Source: Burkholderiales bacterium
GTDB lineage: Bacteria; Pseudomonadota; Gammaproteobacteria; Burkholderiales; JACQAP01
Direction: 5' to 3'
Assembly: GCA_045810225.1 (NCBI GenBank)
Contig: JBJMWI010000087.1
Coordinates: 7,283 to 71,282, forward strand
DNA length: 64,000 nt
Part shown: positions 57,273 through 64,000 of the stretch, piece after piece
Position numbering within the stretch: position 1 is the first letter of the stretch
Layout of the letters: every line of letters begins with the position of its first letter
Position numbers and translations under genes: made by a program
Notes under the pieces: model-generated
The model's database searches: none
What the model saw: the letters and a program-made list of their open reading frames with translations, nothing else
Told to the model about the DNA's origin: nothing

Positions 57273-58376
57273 TTACAAATGCGGTTGAACGTGCGCGCGC
57301 ACGAACTCGTGGAAATGGATCATTCCATCTTCCATCGGTGACTGGTAAGGACCAAATTCATTGCGATGCTGTTGATGCAACGCTCGTCGGCCTTCCGTCA
57401 TGCGTACGCAAATCTCTTCATCTTCTCTTGCTGTCTCGGCATAGGCTTGTTGTTCCGCCTCAACGAACTCACGTTCGAACAGCACGATGTCTTCGGGGTA
57501 ATAGAATTCGACAATATTGCTGCAATGTTCCGGGTCTTTCGGGACGATGGTACTGACAACAAGCACGTTTGGATACCATTCAACCATCACGTTTGGATAA
57601 TACGTAAGCCAGATCGCGCCTTGCTTAGGCATCTCGCCATTGTTATACCGTAGAACAGCTTCATGCCATTTTTGATAAGCGGCAGTACCGGGCTTGCCGA
57701 GCGCCTGGTTGATTCCCACGGTTTGCACGCTGTACCAATCGCCAAACTCCCACTTGAGGTCGTCAGCATTCACAAACTGGCCGAGACCCGGATGGAAAGG
57801 CCCCACATGATAGTCTTCCAGGTACACCTCGATGAACGTTTTCCAATTTACGGAATACTCGTGGCGCATGATGCGGTCAAGCCGGTAACCGGAGAAATCA
57901 AGGTCAGCCAGGACACCCAGCCGCGCAAGATCAACATTGGGATTGCGTGGCCCTGCAAACTGCAAACCATTCCAGCCGGTTAATGCGGTCTTGCCCAAGT
58001 CAAGGCAAGGATTGCCCGGGAAATGTGGTGCCCCCAGCAATTTGCCCGACAAATCGTAAGTCCATCGGTGCAATGGACACACAATGTTGTGAGCGTGTCC
58101 GCTGCCCTTGAGCATGATGGATTGACGGTGGCGGCAAACGTTTGAAAGCAGTTCAACACCACTGTGGCTTCGCACGAGAACTTTTGCATGATGCATCCAG
58201 TCCAGGGACCGGTAGTTCCCAACTTCCGGAACCATAAGCTCGTGGCCCACGTAGCCGGGACCATTTTCGAATAGCATCTTGCGCTCGATTTCCGCAATCT
58301 GCGGGTCGAAATACCATTCGATCGGTAGCTGAGCCGGAGTTCGGGTCAGGGCCGAAACATTAGCCAGATCGGTCAT
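57273..58376 (-). CDS. Rieske [2Fe-2S] non-heme-iron oxygenase, alpha subunit only
   Basis: It has the Rieske motif 'CRHRQ...CPLHRW'. The 367-aa protein has no beta subunit or reductase gene nearby. Confidence 0.8.
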   Translation of the reverse strand: MTDLANVSALTRTPAQLPIEWYFDPQIAEIERKMLFENGPGYVGHELMVPEVGNYRSLDWMHHAKVLVRSHSGVELLSNVCRHRQSIMLKGSGHAHNIVCPLHRWTYDLSGKLLGAPHFPGNPCLDLGKTALTGWNGLQFAGPRNPNVDLARLGVLADLDFSGYRLDRIMRHEYSVNWKTFIEVYLEDYHVGPFHPGLGQFVNADDLKWEFGDWYSVQTVGINQALGKPGTAAYQKWHEAVLRYNNGEMPKQGAIWLTYYPNVMVEWYPNVLVVSTIVPKDPEHCSNIVEFYYPEDIVLFEREFVEAEQQAYAETAREDEEICVRMTEGRRALHQQHRNEFGPYQSPMEDGMIHFHEFVRAHVQPHL

Positions 58377-58405
58377 AACTGAATGTCCCTACTGCGTAAA
58401 TGTAT

Positions 58406-58441
58406 AAAAAAAAACGCCCCGGCGCGTTTAAAAGTGGGGCG
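58406..58441 (-). terminator. rho-independent terminator on the same strand as, and ~30 nt upstream of, the Rieske oxygenase start
   Basis: The minus strand reads CGCCCC-N15-GGGGCG (or the inner hairpin AAACGC-GCCGGG-GCGTTT) followed by nine T residues. No minus-strand CDS lies upstream of it. Confidence 0.6.
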
Positions 58442-58582
58442 GAATTCTGAGCACGATTTTCCCTTAAAACCCTACCGGACGCAACGTCTTGTCCCGTTGA
58501 TATCAAGCCTAACGTCCTAATCAGACTACTGTTCGTTGACCCGGGTTCCGGTGATGGGCTATTTTGATGAACTTTCCAACGA

Positions 58583-58855
58583 GTGTTCGTACGTCAAGTG
58601 ACAAAATCCACATCCCAGGCAACATCATCCTCTGACGCCCCCGCGTCCTTCGAAGCCGCGCTGGCCGAAATAGAAAATATTGTCACCAAGATGGAAGCGG
58701 GGCAGTTGCCCCTCGAGGAGTCACTCACCGCATACAGGCGCGGAGCGGAACTGCTCCAGTATTGCCAGGCTCGACTTCAGGAAGCACAGCAACAGGTCAA
58801 AGTGCTTGAAGCCGGCACACTGCAGAATCTCAATGGTGACGACAGCGCCGAATGA
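58583..58855 (+). CDS. xseB: exodeoxyribonuclease VII small subunit
   Basis: 'APASFEAALAEIENIVTKMEAGQLPLEESL' aligns with E. coli XseB as I recall it. The start is uncertain: GTG at 58583 or 58598. Confidence 0.8.
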   Translation: MFVRQVTKSTSQATSSSDAPASFEAALAEIENIVTKMEAGQLPLEESLTAYRRGAELLQYCQARLQEAQQQVKVLEAGTLQNLNGDDSAE

Positions 58856-59738
58856 ATTTCAGGGCTGGATGCTGGATCGACAGGCCCGCATCGAGACAAC
58901 GCTGCAATCAGCGTTGCCAGCACCCGAAATAGCGCCTGCGCGCTTGCATTCCGCGATGCGTTACGCCGTATTGGGGGCAGGCAAACGGGTCAGGCCACTG
59001 CTCGCCTACGGCGCGGGCGAGTTAGCTTCTGCGCCGATCGAGAGGGTGGATTACGCGGCGGCTGCAGTCGAATTGATTCACGCCTATTCACTGGTCCACG
59101 ATGACATGCCATCAATGGACAACGATATACTGCGTCGTGGAAGGCCGACTGTTCACGTGGAATTTGACGAAGCAACGGCGCTGCTGGTTGGGGACAGTCT
59201 GCAGACATTGGCTTTTCAGCTTCTTTCAGAACGGACCGTAGCGGACGATGCCCACCGTCAACTGGAAATGATTGAACTGCTGGCCCGGGCAAGCGGTTCA
59301 CGAGGCATGGCGGGTGGCCAGGCCATAGACCTGGAATCTACGTCGCAAGCGCTTACGGTACCGGAGCTGGAGTTCATGCATATTCATAAAACTGGCGCGC
59401 TGATTCGTGCATCGGTCGCGCTGGGCGCTCGTTGTGGTGGCGCATTGAGCGATGCGCAACTGCATCGGTTGGACCATTTCAGCAAGTTCATCGGCCTGGC
59501 GTTCCAGGTAATCGACGACGTGCTCGACGCGCAGTCCAGCTCCGCCATGCTAGGCAAAACCGCCGGCAAGGATGCACGCAATAACAAACCCACCTATGTC
59601 AGTGCGCTGGGTGTTGAGCGCGCGCGTGAACTGGCGGGCGAACTGCGCGATAACGCTCTGGACGCGCTGGATACCCTTCCAAACGCAGGCGGACATCTGC
59701 GCGAACTTGCGGACTTCATCATTCTTAGAAAGTTTTGA
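58833..59738 (+). CDS. ispA: (2E,6E)-farnesyl diphosphate synthase
   Basis: It has DDxxD motifs 'VHDDMPSMDND' and 'QVIDDVLD'. The start is ATG at 58833 (overlapping xseB by 23 nt) or ATG at 58869. Confidence 0.88.
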   Translation: MVTTAPNEFQGWMLDRQARIETTLQSALPAPEIAPARLHSAMRYAVLGAGKRVRPLLAYGAGELASAPIERVDYAAAAVELIHAYSLVHDDMPSMDNDILRRGRPTVHVEFDEATALLVGDSLQTLAFQLLSERTVADDAHRQLEMIELLARASGSRGMAGGQAIDLESTSQALTVPELEFMHIHKTGALIRASVALGARCGGALSDAQLHRLDHFSKFIGLAFQVIDDVLDAQSSSAMLGKTAGKDARNNKPTYVSALGVERARELAGELRDNALDALDTLPNAGGHLRELADFIILRKF

Positions 59739-59780
59739 ACCTGCCTTCCGGCCCAGCCCTCGTCCGACTCCAACGCTCTC

Positions 59781-61622
59781 ATGTATGAATTGCTGAATAC
59801 AATCCAGTCTCCCTCCGAATTGCGCGCGCTTGAGCGAAAGCAATTGCCCGAGCTTGCTCGCCAGTTGCGCGAATTTCTGCTCGAGTCGGTGGCCAAAACG
59901 GGCGGTCATCTTTCATCGAACCTGGGCACGGTAGAACTGACTATCGCATTGCATTATGTGTTCAACACGCCACAGGACAGGCTGGTATGGGACGTTGGAC
60001 ATCAGACTTACGCACATAAGATCTTGACCGGCAGGCGTGAAGCGATGTCTACGTTGCGCCAGTACGGCGGTATTGCAGGTTTTCCGCGACGTTCGGAAAG
60101 CGAATTCGATACATTCGGCACGGCGCATTCAAGCACGTCAATCAGCGCCGCGCTCGGCATGGCGGTCGCTGCGCACATGAAGGGAGAAGATCGCCGTGTG
60201 GTGGCAATCATCGGCGATGGCGCCATGACCGCCGGCATGGCGTTCGAGGCTTTGAATAATGCGGGTGCAATGGATGCAAACATCCTGGTGGTGCTGAACG
60301 ACAATGATATGTCGATTTCGGAAAACGTCGGTGCGCTGAATAACTATCTTGCTCGTCTGATATCGGGACGATTTTATGCGGCAGCCTGGAAAACCGGCGA
60401 GAAGGTGTTGCGCGTGGTTCCACCGGTTCTGGAGCTGGCAAAGCGCGCCGAGGAGCACGTGAAGGGCATGGTCACTCCCGGTACGCTATTTGAAGAATTC
60501 GGCTTCAACTATATTGGACCCATCGATGGGCACAATCTCGACGTTTTGATAACGACGCTCGGAAATATCAAAAAGCTCGACGGCCCGCAATTCCTGCACG
60601 TAGTCACCCGCAAGGGCAAGGGTTACGAGCAGGCTGAAGGCGACCCGATTCTCTATCACGGCGTCACGAAGTTCGAGCCTGCCGCCGGCATCACGCCGAA
60701 GCCAGTATCCAAGCCGGCGTACACCCAGGTGTTTGGTGACTGGCTGTGCGATATGGCCGCCTTGGATACGCGACTGATCGGCATCACGCCGGCAATGCGA
60801 GAAGGGTCCGGTCTGGTCCGCTTTTCACAGGAATATCCTGATCGGTATTTCGATGTCGGCATTGCCGAGCAGCACGCGCTGACATTTGCCGCGGGACTCG
60901 CTTGCGAAGGGTTCAAGCCGATTGTTGCGATTTACTCGACGTTTCTGCAGCGCGCCTACGATCAGCTGATCCACGACATTTGCATACAGAACTTGCCCGT
61001 GCTGTTCGCTATCGACCGCGCTGGGTTGGTCGGTGCAGATGGTCCAACCCACGCTGGCAGCTTCGACCTTTCTTATCTGCGTTGTCTGCCCAATATGGTC
61101 ATCATGGCACCGTCCGACGAAAACGAGTGCCGGCAGATGCTATTCACCGGTTTCAAACTCGATGGGCCCGCCGCAGTTCGGTATCCGCGTGGCACTGGCC
61201 CCGGCGTGTTACTACAACCGGAAATGGCGCCGCTGCCGTTGGGCAAGGGCGAGATACGCCGTCGGGGCAGCAATGTCGCCATTCTTTGCTTTGGCGCGTT
61301 GCTGAAGCCGTCTCTGGAGGCCGCAGAAAAACTCGGAGCTACGGTAGCAAACATGCGTTTCGTCAAACCGCTCGATGAAGCCCTGATCCGGGAACTTGCG
61401 AGCGACCATGAGCATCTAGTCACAGTGGAAGAAAACACCGTTCTGGGCGGCGCCGGTAGCGCAGTGCTCGAACTGTTGGAAAAACTTGGGTTGTCGCGAC
61501 CGACGCTGCAGCTTGGATTGCCGGATCGCTTCATCGATCATGGAGATCCGGCGAAACTGTTGCAGGATTGTGGGCTTGATGCCGCTGGTATTTTCAAATC
61601 GGTCGCCGAATTCATTAGGTGA
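59781..61622 (+). CDS. dxs: 1-deoxy-D-xylulose-5-phosphate synthase
   Basis: 613 aa, with '[13 protein letters not shown]', '[14 protein letters not shown]' and '[16 protein letters not shown]'. Confidence 0.94.
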   Translation: MYELLNTIQSPSELRALERKQLPELARQLREFLLESVAKTGGHLSSNLGTVELTIALHYVFNTPQDRLVWDVGHQTYAHKILTGRREAMSTLRQYGGIAGFPRRSESEFDTFGTAHSSTSISAALGMAVAAHMKGEDRRVVAIIGDGAMTAGMAFEALNNAGAMDANILVVLNDNDMSISENVGALNNYLARLISGRFYAAAWKTGEKVLRVVPPVLELAKRAEEHVKGMVTPGTLFEEFGFNYIGPIDGHNLDVLITTLGNIKKLDGPQFLHVVTRKGKGYEQAEGDPILYHGVTKFEPAAGITPKPVSKPAYTQVFGDWLCDMAALDTRLIGITPAMREGSGLVRFSQEYPDRYFDVGIAEQHALTFAAGLACEGFKPIVAIYSTFLQRAYDQLIHDICIQNLPVLFAIDRAGLVGADGPTHAGSFDLSYLRCLPNMVIMAPSDENECRQMLFTGFKLDGPAAVRYPRGTGPGVLLQPEMAPLPLGKGEIRRRGSNVAILCFGALLKPSLEAAEKLGATVANMRFVKPLDEALIRELASDHEHLVTVEENTVLGGAGSAVLELLEKLGLSRPTLQLGLPDRFIDHGDPAKLLQDCGLDAAGIFKSVAEFIR

Positions 61623-61626
61623 GTAG

Positions 61627-61655
61627 TTTACTGGGGTATTGGCGGCGTTTATAAT
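61627..61655 (+). promoter_or_regulatory. candidate sigma-70 promoter of folE2 with overlapping imperfect palindrome
   Basis: TTTACT-N17-TATAAT has an exact -10 element. The -10 lies inside CGTTTATAATCATAACG, an imperfect palindrome with a GTTAT/ATAAC core reminiscent of Zur-type boxes. Confidence 0.4.
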
Positions 61656-61693
61656 CATAACGTGCTGTGATCGCGCTCCAAAGGAGCAACGAC

Positions 61694-62494
61694 ATGAATT
61701 CTCCCGATAACTTCACCATCCCCGACGTGCAGGGCCGCGCGGATACGCGCCGTCTTGCCATAGACAAAGTCGGCATCAAGGCCATCCGGCATCCGGTTCG
61801 CGTGGGCGACCGCGACGGCGGCGTCCAGCACACGATTGCGACCTTCAACATGTATGTCGGCCTGCCGCATAATTTCAAGGGTACTCATATGTCTCGTTTC
61901 GTCGAGATCCTGAATGCCCAAGAACGGGAAATATCGGTGGAGTCCTTCGAAGCCATGTTGCGTGACATGGTGAAGCGTTTGGAGGCGGAATTCGGACACA
62001 TTGAAATGACGTTCCCGTACTTCATCAACAAAGCGGCGCCGGTGTCCGGTGTGCAGAGCCTGATGGATTACGAAATCACGTTCGCCGGCGAATTATCCCG
62101 TGCGGGCTATTCGTTCACCATGAAAGTCATAGTGCCAGTCACGAGCTTATGCCCCTGTTCAAAGCAGATCTCTGAATATGGCGCTCACAATCAGCGTTCT
62201 CACGTGACTATCACGGCGCGCACGAATAGTCATGTCTGGATCGAAGAACTGGTGCGCGTTGCCGAGCAAGAGGCTTCGTGTGAACTTTACGGTCTGCTGA
62301 AGCGTCCCGACGAAAAATATGTCACCGAGCGCGCTTACGATAATCCGAAATTCGTAGAGGATCTCGTGCGTGATGTTGCGACGGCGTTGAATCAGGATAG
62401 CCGCATCGATGCCTACGTGGTCGAATCGGAAAACTTCGAATCCATACACAATCATTCCGCATACGCGATGATCGAAAAGGGCGTTACGCTTTAG
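61694..62494 (+). CDS. folE2: GTP cyclohydrolase FolE2 (type IB)
   Basis: The internal ATG at 61694 has AAGGAG upstream. '[10 protein letters not shown]', '[13 protein letters not shown]', 'TSLCPCSK' and 'GAHNQRSH' fit the COG1469 FolE2/MptA family. Confidence 0.88.
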   Translation: MNSPDNFTIPDVQGRADTRRLAIDKVGIKAIRHPVRVGDRDGGVQHTIATFNMYVGLPHNFKGTHMSRFVEILNAQEREISVESFEAMLRDMVKRLEAEFGHIEMTFPYFINKAAPVSGVQSLMDYEITFAGELSRAGYSFTMKVIVPVTSLCPCSKQISEYGAHNQRSHVTITARTNSHVWIEELVRVAEQEASCELYGLLKRPDEKYVTERAYDNPKFVEDLVRDVATALNQDSRIDAYVVESENFESIHNHSAYAMIEKGVTL

Positions 62495-62509
62495 TGATGT
62501 CCCGGCAAT

Positions 62510-62540
62510 AAAAAAGGCCCGCGGTGCGGGCCTTTTTTAT
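62510..62540. terminator. bidirectional rho-independent terminator after folE2
   Basis: AAAAAA-GGCCCGC-GGT-GCGGGCC-TTTTTTAT. Confidence 0.8.
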
Positions 62541-62673
62541 TCCGGCAGGGCGCATCGATGTAGCGTATTTCGGTGCCCGGCTCCTTAGTAGAGGCGGTCA
62601 AATGGTTCGGGAACGCGGACACGCCAGTCGTGCGCGGGGATAAGCGCGCAAACTTTCCCGACGCTCAGGTCTT

Positions 62674-63672
62674 TTAGAGAGCGCGGACGCTCACCAGGTG
62701 ATCCGGTTCCCGCGCGGCCCCGAGGGGATTGCGCAGCGGCCGCCCGAATTGCGGGCTGTGAATCTCGAAAATGTCGCCGACCCTAGTTGCTATTTTTTTG
62801 GTAAAGCTGCCGGTCGCAGCACCGAAAAAATGCACATGGACATCCCCTGGACGGCGGAAATCGCGATACTTGAAATGGTGATGCTCAAGGTTGGTAATCG
62901 AGTGGCACATGTTGGCTTCCCCGGAAAGCCAGTCTTCCGCCCAGAGTTCCGTGCCATCGCGTAGCAGGCGCGCGCGGCCGGTTACAGATTCGGGTAGCGA
63001 GCCTACCAGCAGTTCCGGCCCGTAGGAGCATTGGCGTAGTTTGGAATGCGCCAGATAGAGATAATTTTGACGCTCCATGACATGGTCCGCGTATTCGTTT
63101 CCGAGCGCATAGCCAACGCGCAGTACTTCGCCGTCGTCTGCGATCACGTAAATGCCGACAACTTCAACTTCTTCACCGCCGTCCAGCGCGTAAGGCGGCA
63201 ATTCCAGCTCCGTCTCCGGGGCGACCACGCAGTGACCGTCACCCTTGTAAAACCATTCCGGCGCAGTACCAATCTTGCTCTTGGCCGGTTTGCCACCCTC
63301 AATGCCCCATTTGAACATTTTCATCGAATCGGTCAGTTCGGCATCGGCCTTCTGCAGTTTCGTATGCATGGAGTCGCGTGCCGCGGCGCTGCCAAGATGC
63401 GATAACCCGGTTCCGCTGATGAGACAGCGGTAAGGGTCGGGATGATCGAACGGCGGCAGCAACCGTTTCTCGTTTACGACTTCATCATAGTTCTGCGCGT
63501 CCGTGCCGATTTTTGATTTGGCCGCAGCCTCCAGCGGAGAGCCGGTACGGGCGGCCAAGAGCGCAAGGTCGTAAATTCGGGTCACGCCGCTCAGCACGCG
63601 CAAAGTCTTGCCGTCCTCGGATGCAGCAACCCGGCGCGCACCGGACCGGTCCGTGAATTGAACAAGCCTCAA
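62674..63672 (-). CDS. fumarylacetoacetate hydrolase-fold protein (GguC/AraD1-like)
   Basis: 332 aa, starting 'MRLVQF...' with the long N-terminal domain plus C-terminal FAH fold typical of the GguC-like subgroup. The assignment is by pattern only. Confidence 0.7.
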   Translation of the reverse strand: MRLVQFTDRSGARRVAASEDGKTLRVLSGVTRIYDLALLAARTGSPLEAAAKSKIGTDAQNYDEVVNEKRLLPPFDHPDPYRCLISGTGLSHLGSAAARDSMHTKLQKADAELTDSMKMFKWGIEGGKPAKSKIGTAPEWFYKGDGHCVVAPETELELPPYALDGGEEVEVVGIYVIADDGEVLRVGYALGNEYADHVMERQNYLYLAHSKLRQCSYGPELLVGSLPESVTGRARLLRDGTELWAEDWLSGEANMCHSITNLEHHHFKYRDFRRPGDVHVHFFGAATGSFTKKIATRVGDIFEIHSPQFGRPLRNPLGAAREPDHLVSVRAL

Positions 63673-63818
63673 GATATTCTCCCAAATATGGTTGATGCGG
63701 TTTTATGATCCGGCTTGCGTGCCGGACACGGAATGTTACGACTAAACACGCAAGCCCGGGTCGCCGTTGTACCCGACCGGTGCCAAATCTATACTTCGCC
63801 CGTTAAATGGGAGGATCG

Positions 63819-64000
63819 ATGAAGGTACAAACCAATGGCATTGAACTTAGCTACTCCGTTGAAGGGCAGGGCCCGTGGCTCGTTATGAGTCATTCGCTGG
63901 CGTGCAACCATTCGATGTGGGATGAACAAGCTCAGCTGCTGAAATCACGCTATCGCGTGCTTCGTTTCGACACCCGTGGACATGGCGGCAGCGACGCGCC
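63819..64000 (+). CDS. alpha/beta hydrolase, 3-oxoadipate enol-lactonase-like (3' end outside window)
   Basis: This CDS is absent from the ORF track because it has no stop inside the window. GGGAGGA lies 5 nt upstream of the ATG at 63819. My translation is 'MKVQTNGIELSYSVEGQGPWLVMSHSLACNHSMWDEQAQLLKSRYRVLRFDTRGHGGSDA', a classic alpha/beta-hydrolase N-terminus. Confidence 0.7.
   Translation, partial: MKVQTNGIELSYSVEGQGPWLVMSHSLACNHSMWDEQAQLLKSRYRVLRFDTRGHGGSDA

Noticed and set aside
58485-58495. The 10-mer GGACAAGACG (minus strand) is identical to part of the guanidine-III riboswitch sequence I remember
   Set aside because: Here the 10-mer forms the loop and 3' side of a simple hairpin (CAACG-GGACAAGA-CGTTG). 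The flanking CCGG/ACCCGG pseudoknot elements of guanidine-III are absent. I treat it as coincidence unless a covariance-model search says otherwise.

Overview
This is a 64-kb chromosomal segment whose gene content fits a beta-proteobacterial facultative methylotroph; that taxonomic call is inferred from gene content and synteny only. I support about 62 CDS and one tRNA-Leu(CAA). I found no rRNA, CRISPR array, transposase or integrase. Left ~27 kb (GC-richer by eye): tetrahydromethanopterin/methanofuran cofactor genes interrupted by an orphan eukaryote-like cytochrome P450. Next comes an AcoR-type sigma-54 activator beside a lanthanide-type xoxF-xoxG-xoxJ operon, which is extended by a small Cys-containing periplasmic protein and a fused SoxY-SoxZ-like carrier. 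After that come a gnd-gntK-lipoprotein operon, acyl-CoA metabolism genes, and an IorAB-type molybdoenzyme with XdhC. Middle (~27.8-37.4 kb, AT-richer by eye): a complete GlrK-QseG-GlrR (QseE/G/F)-type module, with a good sigma-54 promoter firing into an uncharacterised membrane protein, plus galE and an EpsL-like outer-membrane barrel next to tRNA-Leu. Right half is housekeeping: queA-tgt-yajC-secDF, dedA, purB, mnmA, aceA-aceB-rluE, icd, cspA, clpSA, xseB-ispA-dxs and folE2. The leads I rate highest: (1) the GlrKR-type module and its sigma-54 target; (2) the xox operon extension with the SoxYZ-like carrier; (3) two same-strand intrinsic terminators immediately upstream of start codons (marC and a Rieske oxygenase), which imply unidentified cis-regulatory leaders or sRNAs; (4) the orphan P450; (5) a perfect 36-bp in-frame tandem duplication that duplicates a lipoprotein lipobox. 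All functional calls rest on my reading of the translated ORFs and motifs. No database search was run.
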